From NCBI GenBank assembly GCA_946965045.2, contig OX337240.1, positions 1,054,001 to 1,118,000 on the forward strand: 64,000 bases of DNA, in the 5' to 3' direction. Below, piece after piece: positions 1-11,266 of the stretch. Position 1 is the first letter of the stretch; each line of letters starts with the position of its first letter. Made by a program: the position numbers and the translations under genes. Below the pieces are notes generated by a model, which worked only from the letters and a program-made list of their open reading frames with translations, did not search any database and was not told the DNA's origin. Origin of the DNA: Epithemia pelagica (lineage: Eukaryota > Protista > Bacillariophyta).

Positions 1-660
1 ATCCAGGCAAAAGGAACCAACCACCAAAGAGAGACAGCCATCAAAGCAAGACAGGAACCAACCAAAAGAACAACACCGAAGCACCAAAACAAAACAACAA
101 CCAACCAAAGCAAGGAAACAGCACCCAACCAATCACAACAACCAAATGAAGAGAGAGAGAGAGACATGGTGAGACATGCTTGAGAGGAAAGAAACAATCA
201 AACATGAAGGAGAACTCAAAGAATGACACATACCTTGAAGGAAAGGAAGACAAGGAAGACGGACCAAAAGAGAAGCCACGACTCTCATCCAGGGTGCTAA
301 AACAGATAGAGAACAACAATGTAAGTAAACAGATTGAAGAGAAGACAAGAGAAGAAACAAATAGGACTTACTTTGATTGATGGGTTGATGTTTTGTTGCT
401 TCCATGGTCATTCCAACATTCCACACTAAATTTGATCGAACGAGGAAAAATGAGACCGAGAGAGGAATGAGAAACCTGCCACAGTACCGTGTGGCCCGTA
501 GGCCACACGTAGAAGCAGTACATAACAAATGCGACCAGGGAATGCTCGCGCGCTAGAGGAAGATTTGAATTCAGACGTGCGTGACACATGACCCGGTCAC
601 AAGTCATAAGCAATGACTGACGGTCGGTTGGGGTAGACACGATCAGTCTAATTAGCAACC
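1..660. other. Purine-rich (A/G/C) low-complexity non-coding stretch ending in three hairpins; possibly the 5' end of a minus-strand element that runs off the left edge
   Basis: There is no credible ORF. The composition resembles 24720-24900 of the DIRS 5' region. Hairpins lie at 488-509, 581-600 and 602-618. Confidence 0.3.
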
Positions 661-1020
661 ATCTTCTTAAGTAACTCTGCCTAAGTGATTAGGAAAGTGC
701 CTAAGTATCAGAATCTTACGGCTAAGTAGGTCTTTTTTATCGGATTGTTGTCGGCATGTGGAATGTCTAAGTACTACGATTACTTAGTCCCCTCCTCGGA
801 CACAACGGAAGCGCACGACATCTGCTCCTCGTCGTGATTCTCGTCGGGGGCACTTCTCGGGGGCCTAACTCCTCGGCGGGCAATAGGTCCGAGGAGTGTA
901 CTGCCCCGACAAATCCGCTATAAGCGGATTTGGGGCAGTACACTCCTCGGACCTATTGCCCTTCTCGGAGTTAGGCACCCTCGTCGTGCCTCCCTCCTCG
1001 TCTCACTCCTCGGAGCAGAT
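661..1020. repeat. Long inverted repeat (863-976) embedded in arrays of CTAAGT and CTCCTCG(G/T) motifs
   Basis: 878-907 is the exact reverse complement of 932-961 (30 bp). Inner stem 911-919/923-931, outer stem 863-872/967-976. CTAAGT at 681, 701, 722 and 767. CTCCTCG at 792, 825, 869, 943, 994 and 1006. Confidence 0.85.
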
Positions 1021-1123
1021 GTAGAACTACGACAAGCATGGTATTTGTATACCAACCACCTCTACAACATCACCAACTTTACCGAAGCAACAACAGCAAC
1101 AACAACGAAAACGACCTCGTTGT

Positions 1124-2755
1124 CGGATTCCCTGTCCGGTAGATCCCACCCATTGGATCTTTGCAGATTCGGTCGAACGACATGTCCTCATTTGTCCCAA
1201 AACCAAACAGATTCAACAACAGCGGTTGTTGCCCTATTTTTGCCAAGATTGCAATACTGGCGGCCATGGCAACACCCCAACGAATACCCCAAACCAGCCG
1301 ACCAAGCCGCTTTCCTTGGCACACGCACAAACACTCGCCCTTGCTGTACTGGCCACGCATCAACGACTGTTTTCCAGCCAACAACAACAACAACAACGAG
1401 AACAACGGCGCACTTTGACGAATCGAGATGTACGCAAGCTGACCTTGGCCGATATCGAAAATGCCATCGAGTTGGAGGATTATTCTCTGGACAATCACCA
1501 GACCAACGACACTCGGGCAAGTAGTGCGGAGCAACAAACACCGCACGAGCCACAGAGAATTCGATTAGGGGGTGAGAAACACATGAGACAGCAACAAAGT
1601 CTCTTTGGTCATCTCAAACGGATCGACGTACCACCAAACAAGCCGAACCAACAGACAACCATTGTAGAGGTTGGAGCGGGACGAGGAATGATGGGTCTTG
1701 TGGCAGCAGCATTGCTTGCTGCAGAAGGCGCCAAGCCAAACTCATCCAAACCACCAATTAAAGCTTCTGTCGAGAATCCATCATTGGGTTCTTCACAGGA
1801 GGAGCAAGAAGAAGAACAACAACTAAAACATGAAGAACCACCAACAATGACAGCGGAAAGACCGTCGAAAACGCAATTGCTCATGATCGAACGAACCGGA
1901 TCACGTGGAAAAGCCGACAAGGCTTTTCGAAACATCAAAGATTCCTTTCATTCCATGGGAAATCTGCGAATGGACTTAGTTGACTGGCAACGTGTGGCCT
2001 GTGACTTGAGACATGTGCAATTCAAAACATTGATGGACCAAAGCTTTTCCAAACAAGAGAAAGAAGATCAGCATCCTCGGAAATCTGTGACGGTCATTGG
2101 AAAACACGTGTGTGGTGTGGGAACCGATTTGTCTCTCAAAGCATTGTCTCCTTTGTGTCAGGGGAACCAACCCTGCGTGGATGCCTGCATTCTTGCCACG
2201 TGTTGTCATGGAGTGTGTAACTGGAATGACTATGTGGGCCGAGATGTGTTGGAAGACGCCTTGCTCTCCACAGCCACTTCCACAGGCTCTGACCCCCCTC
2301 TCACCCAGTTTGGACGGGATGAGTTTGAATGTTTGCGCAAATGGTGTGCGGCATCGGTCGCAACGACTCCACCCTCGACGAAACGCAGTACCTCCGATAC
2401 CAGGACACGGTCCAGCCACACCGTGTCCCCATCTACCGGTACACCCACAAAGGATGGCGATGCAGCTTCCATCAACGACGCAGAGGAAGAAGAGGACGAC
2501 ACTCATCGATCATATGATGAGGGCGTCAAGCACGACACGGACGTGATTGGTGCCTCCGCCATTGTAGAGTCCTTGGGTTTGTCCTGCGGCATGACTGGGT
2601 TCGGGCGGGCCTGTCAACGACTGTTGGATTATGGAAGAATGATCTATCTTCGAGATGTCCTCAGGTTTGAATCGGTCAAACTCGTTCATTATGTTCCATC
2701 GAGTGTGACGCCACAAAATGCAGTCCTTGTGGCTCATCGACGCACGTCCAATTAA
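1124..2755 (+). CDS. TRM13: tRNA:m4X modification methyltransferase TRM13 (start codon unresolved)
   Basis: CHHC zinc knuckle RIPCPVDPTH..RHVLIC from 1124, in frame with the 1226 ORF. Methyltransferase motifs IVEVGAGRG, GKHVCGVGTDL, LATCCHG, LLDYGR and VTPQN. Confidence 0.85.
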   Translation, partial: RIPCPVDPTHWIFADSVERHVLICPKTKQIQQQRLLPYFCQDCNTGGHGNTPTNTPNQPTKPLSLAHAQTLALAVLATHQRLFSSQQQQQQREQRRTLTNRDVRKLTLADIENAIELEDYSLDNHQTNDTRASSAEQQTPHEPQRIRLGGEKHMRQQQSLFGHLKRIDVPPNKPNQQTTIVEVGAGRGMMGLVAAALLAAEGAKPNSSKPPIKASVENPSLGSSQEEQEEEQQLKHEEPPTMTAERPSKTQLLMIERTGSRGKADKAFRNIKDSFHSMGNLRMDLVDWQRVACDLRHVQFKTLMDQSFSKQEKEDQHPRKSVTVIGKHVCGVGTDLSLKALSPLCQGNQPCVDACILATCCHGVCNWNDYVGRDVLEDALLSTATSTGSDPPLTQFGRDEFECLRKWCAASVATTPPSTKRSTSDTRTRSSHTVSPSTGTPTKDGDAASINDAEEEEDDTHRSYDEGVKHDTDVIGASAIVESLGLSCGMTGFGRACQRLLDYGRMIYLRDVLRFESVKLVHYVPSSVTPQNAVLVAHRRTSN

Positions 2756-3313
2756 TCAGCGGACAAATGCCATGAAACTTTGATAGATATTTGAACGCCT
2801 ACCCCCAGTACATGGATGCATGCTCTTCATCTGGCCTTCACGCGAAGACTCGAAAAGAGGTATTGTTCGGACTCAGATAAAATACAACTTACCGTTCACA
2901 TGGAACGGGCAGTTACAGAACGGTTCTGATACCATTCTTAGCATCGTGTGGCTTATGAGAAGAAGAATTGACAAGTCCTCAAGTTGTGAGATTGTTCTCG
3001 GAACATGTGCCTACGTTGCAGAGGCGTCCAATCACTCTGCAAGGAACCTACGTAGCTTCGACCTTGCTGTAACAAGGCCTTCATGAATCTGTCCATTGAG
3101 AAAATCGCGTCGTCCGCACGCATTGTATTCAGAACACCATAAGGCTAGTAAATGGATACAAATAATGGCACGGAAGTAACTTCCTTGGTGTGGACAAACA
3201 ATTATTTTAGTAATAGAAACTACGAAGATGCTACAAGTCAAGGCGACCCCTTGCCTTTCTGTCATTATAAATCCCTTTTTCATCCTTCCTTTAATTTCTT
3301 TGTCAGCTCATGA

Positions 3314-5266
3314 CTAGTGCACCTCCTCTTTCGTCACCACCTCCACTCTCCATCGCGAATCTCCCTTGTTTTGGAACTTTTTCATGTCATCTTCCAAATC
3401 TGGCCAGAAACAATGCTTTTGGATGGCCAAAAGCGGATTATAGGAGTGTTTCTTGGCATAATATTCCATGGTTTGTTGCCTTAAAGAGGCTGGAATGTAG
3501 ACCTTTTCGGAAAAGAACACAAGGTTCTTTCCATGAACTTTATGGACCGACATATCCGGTGACTTGCCCGCCGTAATAAACTTTCGTAGAACCGGATCAT
3601 TTCTTTGTTCTTGATACAATGCATCCGACCGATGCGGAAGCAAGGAAACGGTCTTTCTTTTGGGAACCGTGTCAGAATCACTATCGGTCGTCGTGCTGTT
3701 GTCATCACTACTGTCGTCTTTGACCACGGGCTTCCTTGGTTTGCGGGACGGACTGGCCTTTGGTCCCGGAAGATCTTCAACATCTCGATCAAAGCTAGAA
3801 ACTCGGGGAAGGCCTTTATTCATATCCTTGGAAGTTTTATTTCTGTTGGTGATGGGGGATGCATTCGTTTTCGTCGCTGCTTTCTTGGGAACCGGAATGT
3901 CGTCATCGGAATCGGAATCAGAATCAGAGTCATCCGAATCATCCGAGTCATCGGTCGTGGTTTTGTAGTTGTAACCACCATCAGTGTCAAGCACAATACT
4001 AGAAGGAGAGAAGGTTCGACTTGGAGAGCTTTTGTTCTTGTCATCTCCGGTGCCTCCTCGCTGTTTGGTGCGTGGTCGCAAGAGACTGTCGGACGGTTTC
4101 GGAGTGTTATTGACAGGATACAAATCGGAACCATCCGTACTAACATCATCTTCTCCCTCAGAATCTAAATGGAGCAACTCAAGCTTGGTTTCTCCAGTTG
4201 ATTCGTCATAAACGGCCTGCTTCAGCTTTTGCTTTGGCTGCTGTTTGTCACCATCCTCTTCTTCCAAACTCTTGACCGATGATGGAGACGATTCACCCAC
4301 AGCTCGTGTTCCTCCGTTTCGACCAGTAACATTCTTTCGGGGCTTCCGATTCGTTGGGCTCATGGGAATGACTTGTGGAAGAGGGGAAGAAGGAGCAGAA
4401 TCGCTTCCCGACGAGGCTGGGCCGGCTGCTGCAGTTTTTTTCTCTGCCAATTCCAAGGCCTCCTTGGCATTGAACTCCGCCGTTTCCAATCGACGCTTCA
4501 AAAGACGAACTTGTTCTTTGAGATCCTCCACTTCTTCTGTTTGAGTTTCCAACATTTGCTCTTGCTGGTCCACAATCACACGCAATTCTTTGGCCAGAGT
4601 CGTTCCATCTTGTGATTGGCTCACCATCATTCGAAGTTCCTTGATTTCGGATTTGGTCTTGCGTACATCCTTGACCAATGGACCATCGCTGGCATTTGAA
4701 CCATTGGTCGCAGCAGGGGCCGGCGAAGCGGCTCGAGACTTGGATTCTTGCTGAATTTGACGCAACTCTTCTCTCAGATCGTTCATGTCATCGGGAATCG
4801 AGTCCACGGCCTTGTTCAATTTACCCCGCATCGACGTCATTTCCGACTTGAGCGAATCTAGTTCCTTTCGAAGTGCTTCGGTTTCTGCCTTGGCTTTGCT
4901 GTCGTCCACCACCGGTGCTGCAGCTGGAGCAGGTGCCTGCTTCTTGGCTGCTGCTTCGGCGGCCTCGACAGCCTTTCGTTGTTCTTCTTTGAGATGTTTC
5001 ACGCTGTTGCGCATTTCTTCCCGCAACATGTTCAATTCATTCTTCAGTGCCATGGTTTCGGCAGCCGAGGCGCCACCGCCGCCGCCACCACCGCCGGGGG
5101 CAGAGGCCGCCATTCCACCGCGACCACGGGCTTTCTCCGCCGCCATATCTTCGGCGGTAATTTGGTGTTTCTTCACCACTGGTTCCTTCCATTCTCCTTT
5201 GGCAAACCGGTCCTTCTTGCCAAGGGCCTTCTTCTTAATGGCGTCCTGCAAACTCTGTGGCTTCAT
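3314..5266 (-). CDS. Coiled-coil/low-complexity protein with a C-terminal integrase-H2C2-like module
   Basis: The ORF is open for 686 codons; first ATG at 5266 (MKPQSL). It has heptad-rich segments and ends in QRNDPVL..KVYIPASLRQQTMEYY..KHCFWPDLEDDMKKF. Confidence 0.8.
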   Translation of the reverse strand: MKPQSLQDAIKKKALGKKDRFAKGEWKEPVVKKHQITAEDMAAEKARGRGGMAASAPGGGGGGGGASAAETMALKNELNMLREEMRNSVKHLKEEQRKAVEAAEAAAKKQAPAPAAAPVVDDSKAKAETEALRKELDSLKSEMTSMRGKLNKAVDSIPDDMNDLREELRQIQQESKSRAASPAPAATNGSNASDGPLVKDVRKTKSEIKELRMMVSQSQDGTTLAKELRVIVDQQEQMLETQTEEVEDLKEQVRLLKRRLETAEFNAKEALELAEKKTAAAGPASSGSDSAPSSPLPQVIPMSPTNRKPRKNVTGRNGGTRAVGESSPSSVKSLEEEDGDKQQPKQKLKQAVYDESTGETKLELLHLDSEGEDDVSTDGSDLYPVNNTPKPSDSLLRPRTKQRGGTGDDKNKSSPSRTFSPSSIVLDTDGGYNYKTTTDDSDDSDDSDSDSDSDDDIPVPKKAATKTNASPITNRNKTSKDMNKGLPRVSSFDRDVEDLPGPKASPSRKPRKPVVKDDSSDDNSTTTDSDSDTVPKRKTVSLLPHRSDALYQEQRNDPVLRKFITAGKSPDMSVHKVHGKNLVFFSEKVYIPASLRQQTMEYYAKKHSYNPLLAIQKHCFWPDLEDDMKKFQNKGDSRWRVEVVTKEEVH

Positions 5267-5754
5267 GATCACTCCTGCTTCCTCCACTGAGCGAACAACA
5301 ACGACGACAAAGAGGAGACTGAAATCAATAGAGAGGTAATGAATCAGGCGTGAAAAAAGGGGAGAGAAGCCCAAAATGTTATCGGCTGACTTGATTACGT
5401 GAAGGGAATCTCAGGTCGCCCTTTCTCTTGGCTGTCTTTGGGGACTGCTATCGTGTTGGGTATAGTGAGGGTAGTGGGCTACTGTAAATATTAAGAGGCA
5501 ATTACATTATCTTTTCCATTCTTGGTTTTTGTATAAGAACTTTATTACCGGATTGAGCTCAGGACTTTGTTGCACATGTCTCCAAGATATCTCAAGACCA
5601 AATGACTTTCCCCCAAAATGACCAATGAGGAAAAACTACCTCCCCACTATCTGAAATATCCTCCCGTAGACTATCCACAATGGACTTCTTTCGACGAAGG
5701 CGTTCCCAAAGCGTAATTCCGAAAAGCCCGGAGCTGTCGACTTATGCATAGATC

Positions 5755-6111
5755 ATGTTTCGTCGTCGACGAACGAGGACTACCAACACCAACATCGCAG
5801 TCGATGACAGTTCAACTGTTACGTCTCACCTCCCAAATCCACCCGATGAGCCTCCTCGATCACAACCCAATCATAATCCACCGAGTGCTTCCTCCGCTCG
5901 CCGACCGAACATAACAGTTTTGGATCGATCACGACATGGTTCCCAATTTCGGGTTCGACCTCCCGAAGCCACGTACGCCTCGGTGGCTCTCTTTACGCTT
6001 TTTACGGCAAGTATCGCAGCCCTATTTGTTTATGCTCTTTGGTTTCTAGAAAAAATCAAGCAATCGCCAGGAATACGACATAGATCTACACCAAACGATG
6101 GTGAAGCCTAA
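5755..6111 (+). CDS. Small putative membrane protein (gene model uncertain)
   Basis: ATG start, Pro-rich segment and one hydrophobic helix (ASVALFTLFTASIAALFVYALWFL). Confidence 0.35.
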   Translation: MFRRRRTRTTNTNIAVDDSSTVTSHLPNPPDEPPRSQPNHNPPSASSARRPNITVLDRSRHGSQFRVRPPEATYASVALFTLFTASIAALFVYALWFLEKIKQSPGIRHRSTPNDGEA

Positions 6112-6605
6112 AGTGATAGACCGTATGGTTTCTCCACTCCTCATAATCATTTCTGTAGTAGCTTCTGAAGACATTTATTCGAGTAACATCGTAGAAAATT
6201 GGCTTCAAGTGATAAGGTAGGTAATTGGCTTGATTAGTATGGCCTAAAGGTGGTTCATACCATTCCCTCCCTCCGGTGGTGGTCGATATAAACATGGGGC
6301 ATACAACCAATTTGCTAGCTCTAAACATGAAAGCAAACGACTGGAATTTGTTTTAGAAATTCTGATTCGTTGACATGTTTCTGTTCATTGCAATCATTCC
6401 CGCAACGCCTGTTCAACGGGAGAATGCGGTGGTTGACGGCAAAAAATAGCTACCAAGACGAGAGTGTTCAATGACCATCAGGAAGTCTACAACAACGGAT
6501 TGATATGGTACGTGCAAATGGGCAAAACAGTTTCTTTATCTACAGCTGATCTTGATTGTGTTTGTCGAGCATCTTGGGCAAGACATCTGTGACACAACTT
6601 TTCTT

Positions 6606-6639
6606 TGGATCCCCAAAAGACTATGGATCCCCAAAAGAC
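6606..6639. repeat. Short tandem duplication TGGATCCCCAAAAGAC x2
   Basis: Identical 16-mers at 6606-6621 and 6624-6639. Confidence 0.85.
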
Positions 6640-7516
6640 ATTAGGAAAGTTTCTGTTCATCCAACCTATTCGTACAACGGTAGGCGGTACCTGAACGGAG
6701 AGTCGAAATCGACGCAACAGAAGTCTCATAGCTAAAGAGAGGAGGTGAAACTTTCATAGGAGAGGCAATCATTCGCCGCGAAATTATAGCTGTTACCTTC
6801 GTTGCTTTCGGCGAACACCTTTTGCAATTAAATGTGAGAACGCGGTTTGTGAACAAATTTGACGGAACGCATGACACGCTCAACGGATGAGACATGTCAC
6901 GCATGCGTTGATGAGCACATGTTTCGGACATTCATCCATTGCTCCTGGCGAGTGGAAGTCAATCCTGTTTCTTGGTTGGATACTGAATTGTAGGTACATG
7001 TGTAAGGGATCTCATTTGAATACACCCACGGGACTGATAGGTTGTGGGATAGGACCGCAACGTGGAGTCCAGCTGGAACAACGGACGACCAGGTTCTTTC
7101 CGTGTGCTCAAAAATTTCACTCCGATTTGTACTCTTTGGACAACAGTAAATTTTACGGAGGGTAAAGCCTAAAGGTCATGCACGCGCACCATCTTCCGTT
7201 ACTTAGAGGAAACGAAAGCAAAGAATAATTCAGCCTCACAAGCATATATAAGTGGCAGAGCATCCTCGTCCGTTGAGATTTACTTAGATGTGCCCATCTC
7301 GCGCCCATAAACGATGTCCAAGTAAAAGGTAGACACATTTGAAGCAGCAACAACTAAATAGCGATAGTAATACAAAGCAACCAAAGTCCTTCCCACGGCA
7401 ACATTGCTTGTGCAAACGAAAGGTCACTGGAGGGGCCAATCTCCTATTCATTCTACGAAGCTTTCATTTGAAGCTTTCATTTAGGTTGTTTGCCTACGTT
7501 GAGTTCAGGAGCGACG

Positions 7517-8521
7517 ATGCCGTCTGGGTCGTTGAATCTGTCAGCCATTGACGAAGCCTTTGGTGAAAAGGCCGACCTCTATCGCGATGTCTTGAGGATC
7601 AAGTCCGACGTATCAACGGACGATGTACAACAAGCATACTTCAGCCGGCGTGATGAACTTTTCCAAATACTAGCTCAAATGGACCAAAGCGGTGTTCCCT
7701 CCGATTCTCCGCAAAGGTACCAAGTCGAACGACAAATGGATGCTGTTGTGATGTGTCTACGAGTCTTGGGTGATCCGGATGCACGCATGCAATACGATGC
7801 CATTCGCAGAGATCGAGTTGTGGGAAGAAAAGTCCCGGCCATGCATTCCCGAACAAATGGTTCAAACACGGGGGAGGAGGTACCCCTGGGCACCTCAACA
7901 TCTGTCTCTCAATCAGACAAGAGCAGCAAGAGCAACAGCCCCCGCAGGCGCCGATTGAAATCTGCTTTGAAGAAAAACAAGAGCGTGGACTCGCACGAAC
8001 GATCTGTTACAATCAATAAAACCAATAGCGTTGAGTATATTGGGTCCGCAGGGGAAAGTGATGATTTTGATTATCCAGACCCAAGCTTGGCACTGGAGTC
8101 ACGAGACGAAGTATCCGGACCTTCGAAAACATCCAAGACTTCGCGCAAGGGGAATAGTGCAAAACTAACACGCAAAGGCTCTGAATCTGTAAAATCAACT
8201 GGCAGTGGCTCTCGCATGTCTACCAAGCGAAAGACTCGTAAAGTAACTCCACCTCGAGACGACTCTCGTGAGTTCAAAACTCATAAAGTCGACGACGACA
8301 ACGCAAGTCAAGGGTCTTTCGGCACAACGTTTAGTGCGGCCCAATCACGCCGAACTATGCTACAAGTTATGAAAGATGAACTAGTAGGTGTCTTTGAAGA
8401 TACGTCCCGGTCATTCGAACAAGTGTTTGGTGCCTTCACTTTGCAAGATGAAGAGATTCAAGCTGTGTTTGGCCGTATCGACAAGGCCAAGCTGCAAATG
8501 GCGAACGAATTTACTGCATAA
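7517..8521 (+). CDS. J-domain-like protein lacking the HPD motif
   Basis: N-terminal DLYRDVLRIKSDVSTDDVQQAY..AVVMCLRVLGDPDARMQYD resembles DnaJ helices. The middle is Ser/Lys-rich. First ATG at 7517. Confidence 0.7.
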   Translation: MPSGSLNLSAIDEAFGEKADLYRDVLRIKSDVSTDDVQQAYFSRRDELFQILAQMDQSGVPSDSPQRYQVERQMDAVVMCLRVLGDPDARMQYDAIRRDRVVGRKVPAMHSRTNGSNTGEEVPLGTSTSVSQSDKSSKSNSPRRRRLKSALKKNKSVDSHERSVTINKTNSVEYIGSAGESDDFDYPDPSLALESRDEVSGPSKTSKTSRKGNSAKLTRKGSESVKSTGSGSRMSTKRKTRKVTPPRDDSREFKTHKVDDDNASQGSFGTTFSAAQSRRTMLQVMKDELVGVFEDTSRSFEQVFGAFTLQDEEIQAVFGRIDKAKLQMANEFTA

Positions 8522-9817
8522 CTCGAAGACGACAAGACTCTTTGCCTGAAGCCAATATCACTTCACGGATGTCTTCCAACACATTCCTCAATGCACTTCA
8601 TGATTGAGCACTGTTGTTAAATTATATTTTACATGGGTAGGGTATGCTAACTGAAAAGTACGATCTGCAGCTCTATCTTTTGCAATCATTCTAAGGTAGA
8701 GCCAGTGAAATGGCTATGTTCTCTGTGGTATCATGTACACGAAACCCTTTCAAATCTAGCTGTATCATCCATCATCAGTCAGGTGTGCATCATAAACGAA
8801 TGAAGTTCATTTGCTATCAATGAATCCATTTCCTAGATTCCTTTTGCAATGGGAGATGGGAGACCTTGACCTAATCAAGAGAGGACACTCTGAGCGCCTA
8901 TAGTACCTTACTCTAATCTGTCTCCTGGATGCACATGCCTCGGACAACCACTTGATGCCATGGTAGCGCAAATCCGGGTCTCCCGCGTGGAACGGGGTAG
9001 GTGTGAGTTTGATGCTTCCACTCCTTGGCACAGCGATGTGTTGAGGAGTCAGTTCAAATTCAAGCTATGATGAGTTGGTTATTTGCATACTACTGTGTGA
9101 ATGCCTGGCCGCCAAACCCTACCTGGGTACGACATGATGGCTTCAAACCCTCTGAGCACCCTCACCTCTCTAGAACCTAAAGACCGTAGCTACTTCTCTG
9201 ACTTCTCTTCTTGCATTCCACAAAACTGGTCCCGATCACGCAGGACCTTTGCTCAGATTGTATCTCAGTATGACGAAACTTAGTATAAAAGAGAATCTCT
9301 CCGTCAAGCTCCCACAACTACGCGGCCGATGCATGGAGCGACCAAAAAGAGTCCATTCCTCCATTCTACTCCGACTAGGCGGGAAATATTATCTACTTTA
9401 AGCCGACCAAACGTCGGGTTCCTGAAACTGAGGAAAATAAAGAGTAGCGAGGAGTAGACATAGTGGTGTTGTTCTCGTGACAGAGGTTGCCCTTGCCCTT
9501 GGTCCTACTCATAGGAGTAACCTTACTAGAGTTGCCTCTATTGAGAGTCGGGTAGTCTACCCGGTGGACCGTGGATAGAGAAAACTCTTGTGTTGTTAGT
9601 TGTTACCGCATTACTATTTCTCTCCGCAACGCAGTACAGACGTGCAGAACGGGGTTTGTCAACGTGCGAAGGTTTGATCGCCGCAACAGCATCGTTGTCG
9701 TTGCTATTGTAACTCCTCTCTGGTAAACCAATATGACGGGTACGTTCATGGATATGCAGAAGACTAAAATTACTCGGTTGTCGCCGCATCGTTTTCCGCT
9801 GCCAATCTGAATTATCA

Positions 9818-10875
9818 ATGGGTTTGGAAGCTGGATTTCATGACTTTTTCATGGATGAGATGAACACGGCGGAAGCATACCATCCGACAGATACAATGTT
9901 TATTCTATCGATCCTGTCTTTTAGAAAGAGAGTACAAAATTAATGATGGATTGATGCCTCACTGGTCATTTTTGCCTGTATATTTGTTTTCTCATTGACA
10001 GTATCGTTGAAGCTTCAAAAGCGGTTGGCCGCATCCGTGCTCAAGTGCGGAAAGCGCAAAATTTGGTTGGATCCCAATGAAGTGAATGAAATTAAATTGG
10101 CTAATTCCCGCCGGAATATTCAAAAATTGCACAAGGATGGTCTTATCATCAAGAAACCGGCCGTCGTTCACAGTCGAGCACGTGTTCAACTGCGTAATGA
10201 AGCCAAGCGCAAGGGACGACACACTGGTGAGTGCCTACGGTCAGCGTCAGTTGTTAGATTTGATGTAGAATTCGCCCGCATTCCTCCCATACTCTTGATG
10301 GCAATGGACTCGTTTCGACATGTTGCTGTTTTTACGCGCGGTGGATCAATTGGGCAAGATGAATCGGACTTGATTCCTAGCAATAGATTTCGAGTTCACC
10401 GGCCAGACAACCGGTTGTCCGCTTTCCACTCAGAGCCCTTTAGTTCTGACGAGGCTGTGTACTCTTTTGTCACGTGACTACATTTGAATTTGTCTCACGA
10501 TTTGCTCCATTTTTTCCAATAATAGGTATCGGTAAGCGTCGCGGTACTGCGAATGCCCGTTTGCCATTCAAGGTCCTTTGGATGCGCCGTTCTCGTGTCC
10601 TCCGACGTCTATTGAAGAAAATGAGGGATGCGAAGAAAATCGATAAGCACATTTACCACTCACTTTACATGTTGGCCAAGGGTAACCAATTCAAGAACAA
10701 ACGTGTGTTATTGGAAACAATTCACGAAATGAAGGCGGTCAAGAGCAAGGAGAAGGCTTTGGAAGAGCAAGCTGCGGCTCGTAAGGGACGTGCGAAGGCC
10801 CGCTTAGAGCGACGGGCGGCACGGGAAGCCAAGAAGCAAGCTGACGCTGAAGCCGCACAACAGGCGTCCTCTTAA
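9818..10875 (+). CDS. RPL19: 60S ribosomal protein L19 (eL19), spliced
   Basis: Exon 10002-10226 ([32 protein letters not shown]), intron 10227-10525 (GT..AG), exon 10526-10875 ([27 protein letters not shown]). The first mini-exon is probably ATGG at 9818-9821; the alternative is ATGACGG at 9733-9739. Confidence 0.95.
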
Positions 10876-11266
10876 ATTCTTAAATTCAACACTTTATTAG
10901 CCACAGATGTTTAGGTTCTATCGATCATTCTTATGAACATTGAGGTAATTGATTCTTTGACTTTCAAGGAACTTGACGGTTCACTACTCGTACGTTAAGC
11001 CCACAACTCAAATTGTTGGAATCATCAATTTGATGAGTTCTTGTTCGGATATGGAACGCGAATGTCGTCGCCACAGCACTGTATCTTGAATGCGTAAGTG
11101 TCGAGCGCATGCCATTAATAGAAAAGCGGTAGAAACCTTCGTAGCGGACCTCTTTTTTGTGGTAGATCTCATCTTGTTCTTACTTTGAGATACAATCGCA
11201 GCATCGGTCACCAAAATTCTTAGACCACGAATTGCGGCTCTTGGGCGCAGTGTACTGCGGGTAGCA

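Noticed and set aside
661-1020. CRISPR array or tRNA interpretation of the repeats
   Set aside because: The repeats are 6-8 bp without unique constant-length spacers, no cas genes are present, the context is eukaryotic and there is no cloverleaf.
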